From contig MU059330.1 in assembly GCA_013265495.1 (NCBI GenBank), forward strand, positions 14,269,980-14,333,979: a stretch of 64,000 bases of DNA, in the 5' to 3' direction. Shown here piece after piece: positions 25,958 to 39,118 of this stretch. The notes under the pieces are model-generated. The model worked only from the letters and a program-made list of their open reading frames with translations, searched no databases and was not told the origin of the DNA. Origin of the DNA: Vicugna vicugna (taxonomy: Eukaryota). The position numbers and the translations under genes were made by a program. Every line of letters starts with the position of its first letter. Within the stretch, counting starts at the first letter, position 1.

Positions 25958-27576
25958 GTACGGGGCACCGTGGCTGGGGCGGCTGTGGGTGGCTGAGCAG
26001 GCCCTGCTGTGACCGCGTTGCGCACACGGTCTCCTTCCGACCTCCGCCCCCTCCGACCCCAGCAGCCGCAGATGAGGCAGAAGGGGGTCCCGGTGTGGAC
26101 ACGCCATCGCCTGCCTGGCAGGACAGGCCTCGCATCTGGAGGGGCTGGCGGGTGGGGGCACATCCTCACACTTCAGCCCCTCAGCCGGGACCCTGCCTGC
26201 GGGCAGCAGTGCTCACAGCTCCGGCCCCACTGGAGCAAGGATGCTGTGGGCTTTTCTAGGAGCAGACGGGGTGCTACCCTGCCCCTTGTCCCCCAGAGCC
26301 TGGCTGCGCCCTTGGGGTGGCTGTGAGGCTGGGGTTCTCCCCAGAGGGGGACCCTGCAGGGAGGCCTCTGAGCTCCCTCTCCTCCAGGTCACACGGCTGC
26401 CCCTGGGCCGGGCGGGGGGCTGCCCTGGGCAGGCGGGGCTGCTGGCCCTTCACCAGCCCTGCTGCCCTTCAGTTCTGAATTCTGATTTCCCACAAGCTTG
26501 TTCCTTTTTTAAGCCGAGGCATTTCCAGGACCAAAGCGTCACAGGACGTGGTCTCTGCTTGGGCACCGGCTGACCAGGATGGGGCGGGGGTGGGCCAAGC
26601 GGGCGAGGCAGCGGGGCTCCGGGGGCCATCGGTCAGCTCCCTGCGGCCCCCGCGGGCGCTCGAGCCCGGAACCCTGGCTGCTCGCTGTCACTCCCCTGCA
26701 GTGAGGGGAGCGTCCCCATCGCCTGTGGGTCGATGGCCTCGGGCGGAGGATAGGGTGTGCAGTGGGGCCTGAGGGGGCCGCTTGCTCTGTGAGCAGAGGG
26801 GCAGCGAGGAGCCTCCCTGGACTCGAGGACCCGAGAGGAGGCCGCTTCTGCAAGTCACTCAGTTTTTGTGTGTTTGGTTGAGGCCCAGTGGGGTCTGCGC
26901 CCCGAGTCCTCGGAGGGCAGCCCCCAGGACTTCCTAGCGGGCGGCAGAGTGGGGACGGGGGTGTCTGTCCTCTCTGCCCACAGGAGCGTGGGAGGGGCCC
27001 TGGTGAGGGGACGAGTTTTGTGTCGCTGGGGCTGACACGTCTCGGGGGAGCACCTTTGTAGCCTGAGGCCTGGCTGGGAGGCGGCGCCCACGCTCCCACT
27101 GGAGGAGGGGATGCAACCCTCGCCCTTGGGGAGATGAGTCAAGCTTGCTTTTCAGAAGGGAGTGCATCCCGAGACGTTCTCCAGCTGTTGGGGTCACGCG
27201 TGGCCCCTGGTGGGGGTCTGAGTCGGGTCTTAGCTGCCCGACAGGGTGACCAGGGCCCGGCCCGCGAGGCCCTGGGTGTCGGCATGCTCTCAGGTGTGAT
27301 GCAGAAGTGGTGCTCCAGCAGCCCTCGTTGTTTTGAAACCCTTTTGGGCAAAAGTTAACGGAATCATGGTGTCCGGTGTGGGTCAGCTGCAGGCTGTCTG
27401 GGGCGCGGCCCTCGGGGGCGGGCCTCCTGCTGTGGCTGCTTGTATTCTCGTCAGTCACAGCTTCCAGACCCGGCGGCTGGTGTGGAAGGTGCTGGGCTGC
27501 GGGCCAGGCGTGTCCCCGGCCGGCCACCCTCTCGGCCTGGCCCCCGCTGCGTTCGCGGCCCGTGGCGCGTCTGTGA

Positions 27577-27930
<354 letters not shown>

Positions 27931-28698
27931 TGACGGCCAGGCAAGGCCACCCAGAGTGCTCGGCAGGTGAGGCTGGAGCCTCCCGAGCCAGCAGGCTTGC
28001 CAGGCACGGGTGGTGGGTGGTGTGTGGCCGAGTGGAGAGTGGGAGCCCCGAGGCCTGCAGGCTGTGAGCTCGGGGGTGTGGCCAAGGGACGCCCCAGCCC
28101 GCCGGCCCTGAGGCCAGCATTCCTTATAAGTGGGTTCAAGGCAGAAGAGCCCCCAGTTTGCCAGAAGGCTCCTCCGATGTCACGATCTCTGGGAAGCCTG
28201 CTGGCCCTTGCCACCCTGCCCCAATTTTCCTCCTGCTCTGTCGCCGTGGCTGTGGAGGCCGGAGACACTGGTGCTGCCCCCACCCCCTCCAGGTTCCTGA
28301 TGGCGGGCGATGGGGTGACTGCTCCTGGTCTGTCACCCTTCCCTTGGGCCCGCATGGCTCTCAGAGGGCTGCGCTGGCTCTTCAGGCTGGATTCACATCC
28401 CTGTTGGCAGAAAAACACTGCCTTTACTTTCAGTTGGGGCAGCGGGATGTCCTTGTGTTCTGCTCCCTGGGGGGTGCCCGAGTTTCACCTTGGAAAAGTG
28501 CTCCATCCCCCACCATCCAATGCCCCTGTTTTCCGAGATCCTGTCCTAAATGCATTCTGGTGGGGTGGGGTCTCTCGGGGAGGGGGGAGCCCAGCACTGA
28601 GCCCCACCAGAGAAGGCCCTTTGGAGGTGCTGGAGTGCATCCAGCCTGTCCCTCGCATGTCCCTCCTGGCCCTTGTTGACCTTGCTCTGTCCGCGCAG

Positions 28699-28940
28699 AC
28701 CTACATTTCCCCCAGCGCAGCCATCATCCAGGCTGAGGCGGCAGATGGTGAGGCGGCAGCCATGCTGCACAACATGCGTGTCTACGGGACCTGCACGCTG
28801 GCCCTCATGGCCATGGTGGTCTTCGTGGGCGTCAAGTACGTCAACAAGCTGGCCCTGGTGTTCCTGGCCTGCGTCGTGCTGTCCATCCTCGCCATCTACG
28901 CCGGCGTCATCAAGACCGCCTTCGACCCTCCGGACATCTC
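28699..28940 (+). CDS. SLC12A7: KCC4 exon 7 (242 nt)
   Basis: [13 protein letters not shown]...KTAFDPPDI|GTGAGT. Confidence 0.96.
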
Positions 28941-29169
28941 GTGAGTCCTGGGGCCGCGTCTGCTCCCTGGCCGCGTTGGGGACGAGCGGGTCATAAGGCT
29001 CTTGTAGCCGTGCTGTCTGCAAGGACAGGACAGGCTTGGGGACGGTCTAGGGCCTGCAGTGGCCGCGGCCCTGAGGACGACCACCAGCTCCCCTAGCGCT
29101 CACGGAAGCCCCCGGGTGGGAGTAAGTTCCCGGGGGAGCTGCACGTCTCACTACCCGCTCCTGCCCCAG

Positions 29170-29381
29170 GGTCTGTCTGCTGGGGAACCGCACACTGTCC
29201 CGACGTGGCTTCGACGTCTGTGCGAAAGTCCAGGCCGCCAACAACGGCTCGATGGCCACCGCGCTCTGGGGCCTCTTCTGCAACAGCTCCACGGCCAGCA
29301 CCTCCTGCGATCAGTACTTCCTCCAGAACAACGTCACGGAGATCCAGGGCATCCCCGGTGTGGCCAGCGGCGTCCTCCTGG
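29170..29381 (+). CDS. SLC12A7: KCC4 exon 8 (212 nt)
   Basis: [19 protein letters not shown]...[12 protein letters not shown]|GTGAGT. Confidence 0.96.
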
Positions 29382-30525
29382 GTGAGTGTCCGGCGGCCTC
29401 TGCCAGGGCGGGTGGTCCGAGGCCCAGTCTCTGGGCCCCGTCCTTCTGCCCCAGCTGTGGCTGTCAGCTCGTCCCCTGCTGCTGACCCACTGGGGCCCCT
29501 GTCTGGGCTGATTCTGCCCGAGCCGTGGACGCCACGTGTGTCATGGCGACAACAGGTCAGGCTTCAAGTTGGATGCTTTATCTTTAGGAACTTGTGGCAA
29601 CACGCATGGGGTTACGGTGTTAATAAGGAAAATAATTAATGAGAAGTGACTTGCTTTGCCGTCTCTGCTCGTCCATGTAGAAAAATCGAGCTGGTCCTCC
29701 CTGCTCCGGGTGAGAGGCCTGCCCTTCTAGGGTAGAGACCAGGCTGGTTCTGGCTGCCTGCTCTGTGGTGGGCGGTCAGTTGTCGTGTGTCCATCTGAGG
29801 CCAAGACGACAGTGGGTGTCGGGCACACGGAGGCCATAACACCATCCTCGTCCTGCAGGTGGAGCTGGGCGGGGCCGAGATGGGGGCGGGGAGGGAAGGG
29901 GCTGTCGTGCTGCCCCCCTACACGTTCCTTGGAGCACAGGGGTCCTGACGCCCAGAGGGTTCTTCTGGATTCTGGGTTCTGGCTTCTCGGTGGAAGTTGC
30001 AGAGCAAACCCCTGGATGGGCAGCCACCAACAGGTCCCCCAGGGTGGGGAGGGCAGCCGTGCAGAGGGGACGCTCTGCTCAGAGGGGCAGGGGTTGGCAG
30101 GAGGGAGGTGAGGTGAGGAGGTGTCTGCGGAGGGGGGGTCCCTGTGTGGGAAGGGTCTGGGCAGGCAGGGCCACAGGTCCCAGCGAGGCTGCCAGGCTGG
30201 GGTCAGCACAGGTGGGAGGGGGCCCAGCTGCTTACCTCAGCTGTGTGTGTGTGTGCTGGGGGTCTTCCATCGCTGACTGACTCCCTCTAAATAGAGACCT
30301 TCACTGGGGTCCCGCAGGCGGCTGTCAGGGCCGCGTTTGTTGTAGGAGGTAACTTTCTTGTTCAAACTTGGCTGAAGGGCTGAAATCTCTCATCCAGAGA
30401 TTAGCAGAGAACAGTCAGTCTGAGTGAGGTGTCCCGTCCTGGTGTGGAGCTGGGGTCTGGGGTCGGTGGGGGGTGGTCACCCCGCCAGCAGGTCCTGGAG
30501 TCTCAGCCCGTCTGTGTCCTCACAG

Positions 30526-30693
30526 ACAACCTGTGGAGCGCGTACACGGACAAGGGCGCGTTTGTGGAGAAGAAGGGCCTGCCCTCGGTGGCCGTGCCGG
30601 AGGACAGTGGGGCCGGCGGGCCGCCATACGTGCTCACTGATATCGCCACCTGCTTCACCCTGCTGGTCGGCATCTACTTCCCGTCTGTGACCG
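30526..30693 (+). CDS. SLC12A7: KCC4 exon 9 (168 nt)
   Basis: DNLWSAYTDKG...LLVGIYFPSVT|GTGAGG. Confidence 0.96.
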
Positions 30694-31440
30694 GTGAGGC
30701 CTGCGTGTTCCCGGTGGGGCGGGGCCGCCTGCAGCTCCGCTGCACACTGCTCCCCTTCCTCTTTGCTTTGGCTCAAGAAACGCACCTGTCCTGGGAGTGC
30801 GGCTCGGGGAGGATGTGGCTTAAAGGAGCTCTGCTCATGCTCTCCCAAGAGGCCCGTGCTGTGAGAAGTGGCCCTGTGACGCTGGAAGCTAGGAGTGGGC
30901 ACCAGGGCTGTCAGGCTGGGAGATGCGACCGTCCTTGTCCTTTTAAGCGGGTCAGCTGACTTCTCGGGGGGCGCTCCACACACACTGGTCCCCCATCTCC
31001 CCCACATGCACACACACATGCACATGGGCACACATGGGTTCACACGCGTGTGCACACACACACACACCCCCGCTCCTGGACGGCCCTCAGCCTGCCTGGG
31101 ATCAGTGGCCCCCACCCAACTGGTGCCAGCTGAGAGGCCTGTGGCTGTCAGCGTGTCTGTCCCTCCTGTTCCTGCACCTGCTTGGAGCCTATCCGCAGAC
31201 TTGGGGAGGCTGCCCACCAGGGCTGCTCACCCTATCTCCCTGCCGCAGCCGTCCCAGGGCGTGGACAGCGAGGCCCAGCCTGGCTCTGGGAGACCCAACG
31301 TGGGGACGGCAGCCTATGCAAGCGCGGGGTCTCCCTGGCGTCGTGCGGAGTCCCGGCCTCGTTCTGACTGCCCAGACGGGCCTGGGCGGCAGCATCTTGC
31401 TCTGCACCATGACCCATCAGCTATCCATCTGTCTCCATAG

Positions 31441-31539
31441 GCATCATGGCGGGCTCGAACCGGTCTGGGGACCTCAAGGATGCCCAGAAGTCCATCCCCA
31501 TGGGGACCATTTTGGCCATTGTGACCACATCTTTTATTT
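31441..31539 (+). CDS. SLC12A7: KCC4 exon 10 (99 nt)
   Basis: [33 protein letters not shown]|GTATCCTT (U12 donor). Confidence 0.96.
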
Positions 31540-32154
31540 GTATCCTTGGGGGATGGAGAGTGGAAGGCCAGGCTGGGGCAGGTGGCCCCGACACCCTGCT
31601 CTGCTCCCTGCTGCGCTGTTGGCACCTCAGGGTGGGGGTGGGGTTCCCTACTGCATGCAGTCCTAACCACACGTCCACCTTCAGAGGGGCTGGGCCGGTG
31701 GCCTGACGTGGAGAATAGGACACCAGGACCCCAGCCTTGGTTGGTTGTGGAATGCGAGGTGTCCGTGACCCACGTGTAGTAGCCACACTGTTATGTGTTA
31801 GTGACACATTGTAACATGTAGTGACATGCGTGTCCCGTGACAGTGGTGCCTGTGCACCCTTGTCACGGCTTTGTCCAGTGGGTCACTGGCTTTAAGGTGC
31901 CATTGGAGCCATTTCTCACTGGGTTTGTCCCTTCCCAGCCAGTGAGGTCCCCTGCCCAGTCCCTGCAGCGGTCATGCTCCAGGGCAGGCCCACCGTCCTG
32001 AGTGCCCTGAGGTCCCTGTGGAGCCAGGATGCAGCCATGCGCCCAGGGCGGGGCCCAGTGGGGACAGGGTGGGGGCGGAGGGAGGTCATGGGGCCGGTCT
32101 AGGCACACCTGCGGCCAGTGCATCGCGCCCACCGCTTCCTTGACCCGAGCGCAG
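31540..32154 (+). other. SLC12A7: U12-type (minor spliceosome) GT-AG intron 10
   Basis: 5'SS GTATCCTT; branch site TTCCTTGAC at 32136-32144, 10 nt from the CAG end; no polypyrimidine tract. Confidence 0.9.
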
Positions 32155-32212
32155 ACCTCTCCTGCATTGTGCTTTTTGGGGCCTGCATCGAAGGCGTGGT
32201 CTTACGAGACAA
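32155..32212 (+). CDS. SLC12A7: KCC4 exon 11 (58 nt)
   Basis: YLSCIVLFGACIEGVVLRD(K)|GTATGT. Confidence 0.95.
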
Positions 32213-32325
32213 GTATGTTGGTCTCATTTATGTATGGCTTCTGGAAACTTCCGGGGTCAGCACTGGTTTTCTTGAAGACAACTTTAGCCCTAGGGTTTCT
32301 AGCTTTGCTTGCGCACGCGCATTTC

Positions 32326-32468
32326 TGTGTGTGTGTGTGTCTCTGTGTGTGTGTTTGTGTGTGCGTGTGTGTCTCTATGTCTCTGTGTCTGTGCGTGTGT
32401 GTGCACGTGTGTCTGTGTGTGTGCATGTGTGTGTGTCTGTGTGTGTGCATGTGTATCTGTGTGTGTGT
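32326..32468 (+). repeat. Compound (TG)n/TCTG/CGTG simple repeat in intron 11
   Basis: About 140 nt of interrupted TG dinucleotides. Confidence 0.9.
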
Positions 32469-32667
32469 AGTGGGAAGCCCCGGGGCCGTGTGCTGGGCTC
32501 TGACCTGTTCATCCGTCTCCTACTTGAGAAGCCTGGAGCTGGGCAGAGCAGCCTTGGACCCAGTAGAGCAGGGGTGCAGGGGCTCCCGGGAGACACCATC
32601 GTCCCACTCAAAGGGTGGGAGAACACTTCTGTGTTCAGTTGGTGTCTGAAAGCTTGCCCACCCCCAG

Positions 32668-32842
32668 GTTCGGGGAGGCCCTGAAGGGCAGCCTCGTCAT
32701 CGGCGCTCTGGCCTGGCCGTCTCCCTGGGTCATTGTCATCGGCTCCTTCTTCTCCACCTGTGGGGCCGGCCTGCAGAGCCTGACGGGGGCCCCACGTCTG
32801 CTGCAGGCCATTGCCCGGGATGGCATCGTCCCCTTCCTGCAG
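32668..32842 (+). CDS. SLC12A7: KCC4 exon 12 (175 nt)
   Basis: [20 protein letters not shown]...DGIVPFLQ|GTAAGC. Confidence 0.96.
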
Positions 32843-33419
32843 GTAAGCATGGCAGCTGTGGCCTCCTGGGGGCAGGGGACCCTCAGGAAGGGCCGTGTCT
32901 GGAGGGTCCGAGGGTCTGCCCCAGAGCAAGATCTTTCAAGCAGTTAAAGACAGTGGGACCCAATCCCCACCTGCAGCGTGGCAGCCTGTACCCTGAGGTC
33001 TGCATTTTGTGTCTGGATTTCCCTTCCCAGTACCGCCGTGCGGGAGGGAGGGAGGTAGAAAGGCTTCCTTCCGGGAAGCCCATTGTCCCATGTGGGGTGA
33101 AGGGCCCTCACAGAAGTCTCCCAGGGTGGGGTGATGTGAGGAGACCCCCGACCAGCACCCTGGGGTGTCGCCCTGCATCCTGGCCGGCCCTCTCCAAGGG
33201 TCTTGGGGTCTGCTGGTACCCAGGCCATCATCTGTCTGCAGGGTGTCAGGTTTTCTTCATGGCTGGGGAGGTCTGGGATGCACTGTAGAAAGCCCATTTC
33301 TGCTTCTGTTGCATCCCTGACCTCTCTTGTGTTGGACCCAACCACTTGGCCTCCCACAGCCCCCCAACCCTCAGCCCCCCACTCCTCAGCCCCCTGCCCA
33401 CTTGCCCTTCTCCCTGCAG

Positions 33420-33538
33420 GTGTTTGGCCACGGAAAGGCCAACGGGGAGCCCACATGGGCTCTGCTGCTCACAGCTCTCATCTGTGAGACTGGCATCCTC
33501 ATCGCCTCCCTGGACAGCGTGGCCCCCATCCTGTCCAT
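33420..33538 (+). CDS. SLC12A7: KCC4 exon 13 (119 nt)
   Basis: [16 protein letters not shown]...VAPILS(M)|GTGAGT. Confidence 0.96.
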
Positions 33539-33786
33539 GTGAGTGGCTGCTGGTGCCTCTTGTCAGCCTCCCTGGGGACGTGAGCCCCTGCTCCGGGGCT
33601 GCTTTCTGCCAGGGGACAGCAGGGATGGGTGCAGGCACAGGGGCCAGGCAGTCACGTGGGCAGAGCAGGGGGCCACGTGGTGGGCAAAGGGGGGCAGGCA
33701 GGCCCCACAGGAGGGGCGGTGACTGGGGCTCGGAGGGACCCCATGGGACCTGGCTGGGCCCCTCACGCTGCTTCTTGCATCCCCAG

Positions 33787-33885
33787 GTTTTTCCTCATGT
33801 GCTACATGTTTGTGAACCTGGCCTGCGCCCTGCAGACACTGCTGCGCACGCCCAACTGGCGTCCGCGCTTCAAGTACTACCACTG
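33787..33885 (+). CDS. SLC12A7: KCC4 exon 14 (99 nt)
   Basis: [13 protein letters not shown]...RPRFKYYH(W)|GTGAGC. Confidence 0.96.
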
Positions 33886-34320
33886 GTGAGCAGGCCCGGG
33901 GATGCGCTGTGGCTCTGCGAGGCTGGTGGCAGCCTGGGTCCCTGTCCGTGCTCTGCGGAACAGGCCCGGCCGGGCTGGGGAGGGCCATGTGCGTGTTGTC
34001 ACCCTGGACGCCCGGGCATCGGGAGCCGTGTGGCTGCCTGGTGCTCAGCCCTCGTCCCCCGGGCTGGAGCGTGGGGCTGCTCGGCCTCCACGTGCCCAGT
34101 GCGGCAGACACCGAGAGAATGCGTGAAGCTGGCACGTCCGGGAGCGCAGTGGGCGTTGAGCGTGGTCTCTGAGGGGGTCTCCTGTGGGTGACCTGGGGGT
34201 GGAGGCGCCAATCACCCGCGTCATTGCTGTTACTGCTGTAACTGAGAGAAGGTTTTTGCTGGGTCCAAGGGACCTTTTCAGTGCAGCCGCTCAGATGCCT
34301 GTGGGGGATGGTTCCGGCCT

Positions 34321-34552
<232 letters not shown>

Positions 34553-35327
34553 TGAGCTGCCGCTGCTGCCTCGCGGGGCCCGGGCGTCCCTCCCGCCTCC
34601 TTCCCGCCTCCCCAGGGTCTGCCGGCCCATGCTGTGGGGCCCCCTCCTGATGGGCGGTGCTCAGGGACCTCTAGTGGCCAAGCCGTCGAAGCCCACACTT
34701 GGCGTCAGGGTTTTCTGCCTGTGACTTAACAGGTGGAGAGCCGCGTTTGCTGTTTGTAATTGATTCCAATCTGTTACAAGTCGTTAGGTTTATCTACATC
34801 TGAGTATAAAAAGCCTGCCTTTTTAGCGTGCTGTTTGTAAGCTTTGAAATCCATTTAATCCGTTTTAATCCGTTTAACTGACGTGCGCGGGATTTCCAAA
34901 TTTCTGAAAGGTACACCATGGAAAACCAAAATGATGGTCAGGTTAACTGCATTTCAGAGCCCCTGGTCCATCATGGGGCGTTTCCCCTGGATGCCCTGGC
35001 CCGCTTCCAGAGGGAGAGAGGTGGGGTCCTGGGGGTGGATGGGATGGGGGACCCCAGCGGTGCTGCCCGAAGTCCCCTCCAAGCTTTTCCATAGTGGTTT
35101 GGAAGGAGGGTCTTGGGGCTGTGACTGCTCTTGCTGGTGAGCCTGGCCACTGCCTGCCCAACAGATCCCCCTCCACACGCCCTCTGCCCCATCGATGGCC
35201 CCAACTCTGAGGTCCCACACAGCTGCCAGCGCCTCCCCCTGCCCTTCCACCCAGGGGTCCCCTCCCCCCATCCTGCTCCCTCCTATTCCCAGCTGGTCTG
35301 GGAAGCCCCTTCTTAGAAAAGCACTGA

Positions 35328-35519
<192 letters not shown>

Positions 35520-35953
35520 TAAGCGCCCAGAGCCTCCTCATGCCCTTTGGCCCCACGGAGTCTAGGTCACAGAGTCCTAAGATCAGACTTTACCGAGAGG
35601 AATCGTCCTCTTCTCCCATCGTCTCGGTTGTTCTGGCATCTGAGCCCATGGTGCATCAGCCTGGGCGTGATCAGCGCGTGTCTGACTGCCCGGCGATGAG
35701 ACTTGGCGAGGGTGGAGGTGGGCTCTGCCGGGCCGGGCTGTGGGGGGTCGAGCTGAGCTGACCTAGCGAGGACCTGCTATGGATGGAAGGCCCCTGCGAG
35801 TCCTCTCGCTTCTGGGAGGAAGGTGGGGAGGCTTCCCTGAGAAGCTGGGATTTTACCTGCCCTGAACGCCCCTCGGCCCTAGAGGTCCTCAGGCACGCGG
35901 CCCCGGGAGGGGTCTTGCCTGTCAGTGAGAACGTGGCAACTGCCCCCCCGCAG

Positions 35954-36122
35954 GCCCCAGGTGCTCGTGATGCTGAACCTGGACGCAGAGCAGAGCGTGA
36001 AGCACCCCCGCCTGCTGTCCTTTACCTCGCAGCTCAAGGCCGGCAAGGGCCTGACCATCGTGGGCTCCGTGCTGGAGGGCACCTTCCTGGACAAGCACGC
36101 GGAGGCCCAGCAGGCCGAGGAG
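35954..36122 (+). CDS. SLC12A7: KCC4 exon 17 (169 nt)
   Basis: [21 protein letters not shown]...EAQQAEE|GTGGGA. Confidence 0.96.
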
Positions 36123-36274
36123 GTGGGACTGGGTGGCAGGCGAGGGGTGGCAGGGGTGGCACCGGGCCTGGGCTTCGGGCACCGACGGGGGCTGGGCCTC
36201 CGGCCTCCGCGTGTGAGGCTGGGACGTTGGCCAGGGGCCCGCCCCCGCCCGCCCCAACCTGCCTGTGTCCCCAG

Positions 36275-36470
36275 AACATCCGGGCTCTCATGTGCACCGA
36301 GAAGGCCAAGGGCTTCTGCCAGCTGGTGGTGTCATCCAGCCTGCGGGACGGCATGTCCCACCTGATCCAGTCAGCCGGCCTGGGGGCCCTGAAGCACAAC
36401 ACGGTGCTCATGGCCTGGCCCCAGTCCTGGAAGCGGGAGGACAGCCCCTTCTCCTGGAAGAGCTTTGTCG
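36275..36470 (+). CDS. SLC12A7: KCC4 exon 18 (196 nt)
   Basis: [19 protein letters not shown]...FSWKSFV|GTGGGT. Confidence 0.96.
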
Positions 36471-36779
36471 GTGGGTCAGGGCCCTGTGCTGGGTTTCGGG
36501 GTCCTGGCTGAGACCTGCCCCCCGGGGGCCGTCAGAGGCCTCGGCTGTGCTGTTTCTAGAAAACCAACAGCCGTTCAGTAGCCTGGAGACGGGAGCCCCC
36601 TCCCGGGCCCGACACGAGTTTGGCGGTTCCCCGGGGGCTCCTTCTCACTGGGCCGGGGCCATGGAGTGATGAGGGTGTGAGCGAGGGGTGCACCCTGTGT
36701 GGGGCTTTGTGGGGACCCCAGGCGCAGCCATTCTGCAGTCCAGGGCCTGTGACGTGGTGACATGACCATCTCTCTGCAG

Positions 36780-36949
36780 ACACTGTCCGAGACACCACAG
36801 CGGCGCATCAGGCCCTGCTGGTGGCCAAGAATGTGGATCTGTTCCCGCAAAACCAGGAGCGCTTCAGCGACGGGAACATCGATGTGTGGTGGATCGTGCA
36901 TGACGGGGGTCTGCTCATGCTGCTGCCCTTCCTGCTGCGGCAGCATAAG
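36780..36949 (+). CDS. SLC12A7: KCC4 exon 19 (170 nt)
   Basis: [18 protein letters not shown]...[24 protein letters not shown]|GTGGAG. Confidence 0.96.
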
Positions 36950-37107
36950 GTGGAGTGCTCAGGGAGGTTGTGGGAGGGTCCATGAGGAGGGGAGGGTGCA
37001 TGGGAGTGGGGTCACACGGGGCAGGTCCATGCGGGGTGGGATCACGCTGGGGGTGGCTGGGGGTGGACAGCGGTGGGACTGACCACCCCGCCCTGCCTCG
37101 CCGCCAG

Positions 37108-37239
37108 GTGTGGCGGAAGTGCCGCATGCGCATCTTCACGGTGGCCCAGGTGGACGACAACAGCATCCAGATGAAGAAGGACCTACAGATGTTCCTGTAC
37201 CACCTGCGGATCAGCGCCGAGGTGGAGGTGGTGGAGATG
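37108..37239 (+). CDS. SLC12A7: KCC4 exon 20 (132 nt)
   Basis: [14 protein letters not shown]...AEVEVVEM|GTGAGG. Confidence 0.96.
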
Positions 37240-38018
37240 GTGAGGGCGCGCCGGCGCTGGGCAGGGCTGCATGTTGCACCCCAAGGGTGTAGCTCTGATT
37301 TGCTGGGTCCCCGGGACACCCACCGCCCAGGGCTGCTGGCTCACCTCCACCCCCAGGCTGTTGGCTTCCGCTTCCCCGAGCCCTTGCGTGCCGTCTGGCA
37401 GTGGCAGCCTCTCAGATTTCTCCCCTTTCTCGTGACCCTGGCAGCTCTGAGGAGGCTCAGGCACCTTGTGCGGTGTCGCTCGGTCTCCGTTTGCCTGGCG
37501 TTTTTCCCACGGCTGGACTGGGTGGTGGGTTTGTGGGAGGAAGACCCCAGCTGGACCAAACATGACTGAGGACCGTGGGATGGTACACTGCGGGTCCGTC
37601 CCCGCCAAGCTCGGGCCAGTGGGCGGGGAGTTACAGACTGAGCCTGCGCGGCCGAGCGGCTCTCCTGAGCCTAAAAACGCCTCCTGTCAGCCACGCCTGG
37701 CCTGCTTTCCTGGTTCCAGTGGACGGGCTCCGGTCCAGAGCCATGGCTGTGGTGTTTTCTTCTCTGTGTCTCGTGTGTTAGTGAACGTGGGTCCTGGGGT
37801 GGGCGGAGGGCGTTCCGATTGACAGCCATTCACAGACTCGTGGTTGCCCACGCACACACGTGCACACACAGCCCCCCTCGGGGAGTTCGGGGCCCGGGGC
37901 TCCGAGACCTGCTGAGGGCACTGAGGACGCACGGCACACTCGTTGTGTAACTGGGGTTGCCTGGTGAGAACGCATCAGTTTTGTACTGGTGTTTACTTCT
38001 GCGCTTTGGAACTTGCAG

Positions 38019-38126
38019 GTTGAGAATGACATTTCAGCGTTCACTTATGAGAAGACGCTGGTGATGGAGCAGAGGTCCCAGATGCTAAAGCAGATGCAGC
38101 TGTCCAAGACGGAGCGCGAGAGGGAG
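38019..38126 (+). CDS. SLC12A7: KCC4 exon 21 (108 nt)
   Basis: [14 protein letters not shown]...KTERERE|GTGTGT. Confidence 0.96.
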
Positions 38127-39118
38127 GTGTGTGTCTGGTTCGTCGCACAGGTGGTCGTCCCGGAGCCTTTGACGAAAGGCTGGCCTGCCTTTTTCCAGAC
38201 CCCACGTGACCATGGGGACTGGGATCATTGAGGTCACTGTGAGCCCTTCACCTCCGCCTGGTTTGTGAAAAGCTGGTGATGCAGCTTCTGCTCCACCTCA
38301 CCTCCCCACTCAGCTCACGTCACGCCCTCCTTGCCACCCAGGCCGGGCTCAGGGGCTCTGCGGCCCTGGGCTCACACGTGAGGTCCACACAGAGCCGGCG
38401 TCCACCCGGCCTTCCTGCTTACGCACAGCCCCCCGGTCTGGAGCCATCTTTTACTGAGCACCACGGCCCCCTCTCCCATGACACCCCAGTCCCTCCAGTC
38501 CCCAAGCCAGCAGCCACACGAGTCCCTCAGGGCCACCTCCTTGCCCCTCTCCCAGCTCCCTTCCACCTCACACGTCACCACCTGAGAGACCTCACTCTGT
38601 CCATCCCCACGGCCTCCCCGACTCCCTCTGGCTGCCGGTCAGCGCTGTCTTCGCCCGCAGCTTCCCAGGGTGCCTGCGTGCTGCTGCGGCTCCCCCCACC
38701 CCAAAACTCTGCAGCTCTTGCTGCCCCTCCCCGGGGCCTGGGCTCCCTGGCGGTCTCTGCACTGCAGATGAGTCAGTGGGTGGACAGGTGGCTGGAAGGC
38801 TGAGGGGAGGGTGGGCGGGCAGGCGGGTGAGCGGGTCGGGGTGGAGCCCACGCATCCACGTGGAGCAGCATCCGGTAGAGTCTTGGGTGTCGTGCCTCCT
38901 GCAACGTGGAGGCCAGGGTGCTTTCCTGGGCCTTCAGAGCTGGGGCAGGAGGAGACAGGAGGAAGCCCGAGTTTGGTCTGGACGCCCGTGGGGCTGGGAG
39001 GGCCAATCCAGGTGTCCCCGGGGCTGTGGGGCCGCCAGCCTCTCTGCCCGCTCGCTCCTCCCTGGGGGTTGGTACCTGGCATCACAGTGAGACTGGCGCT
39101 GCCTTGCCCTCCCGCCAG

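Noticed and set aside
32029-32684. Cys/Val-rich and His/Thr-rich ORFs here and at 63377-63845
   Set aside because: Translations of TG/CA simple repeats.
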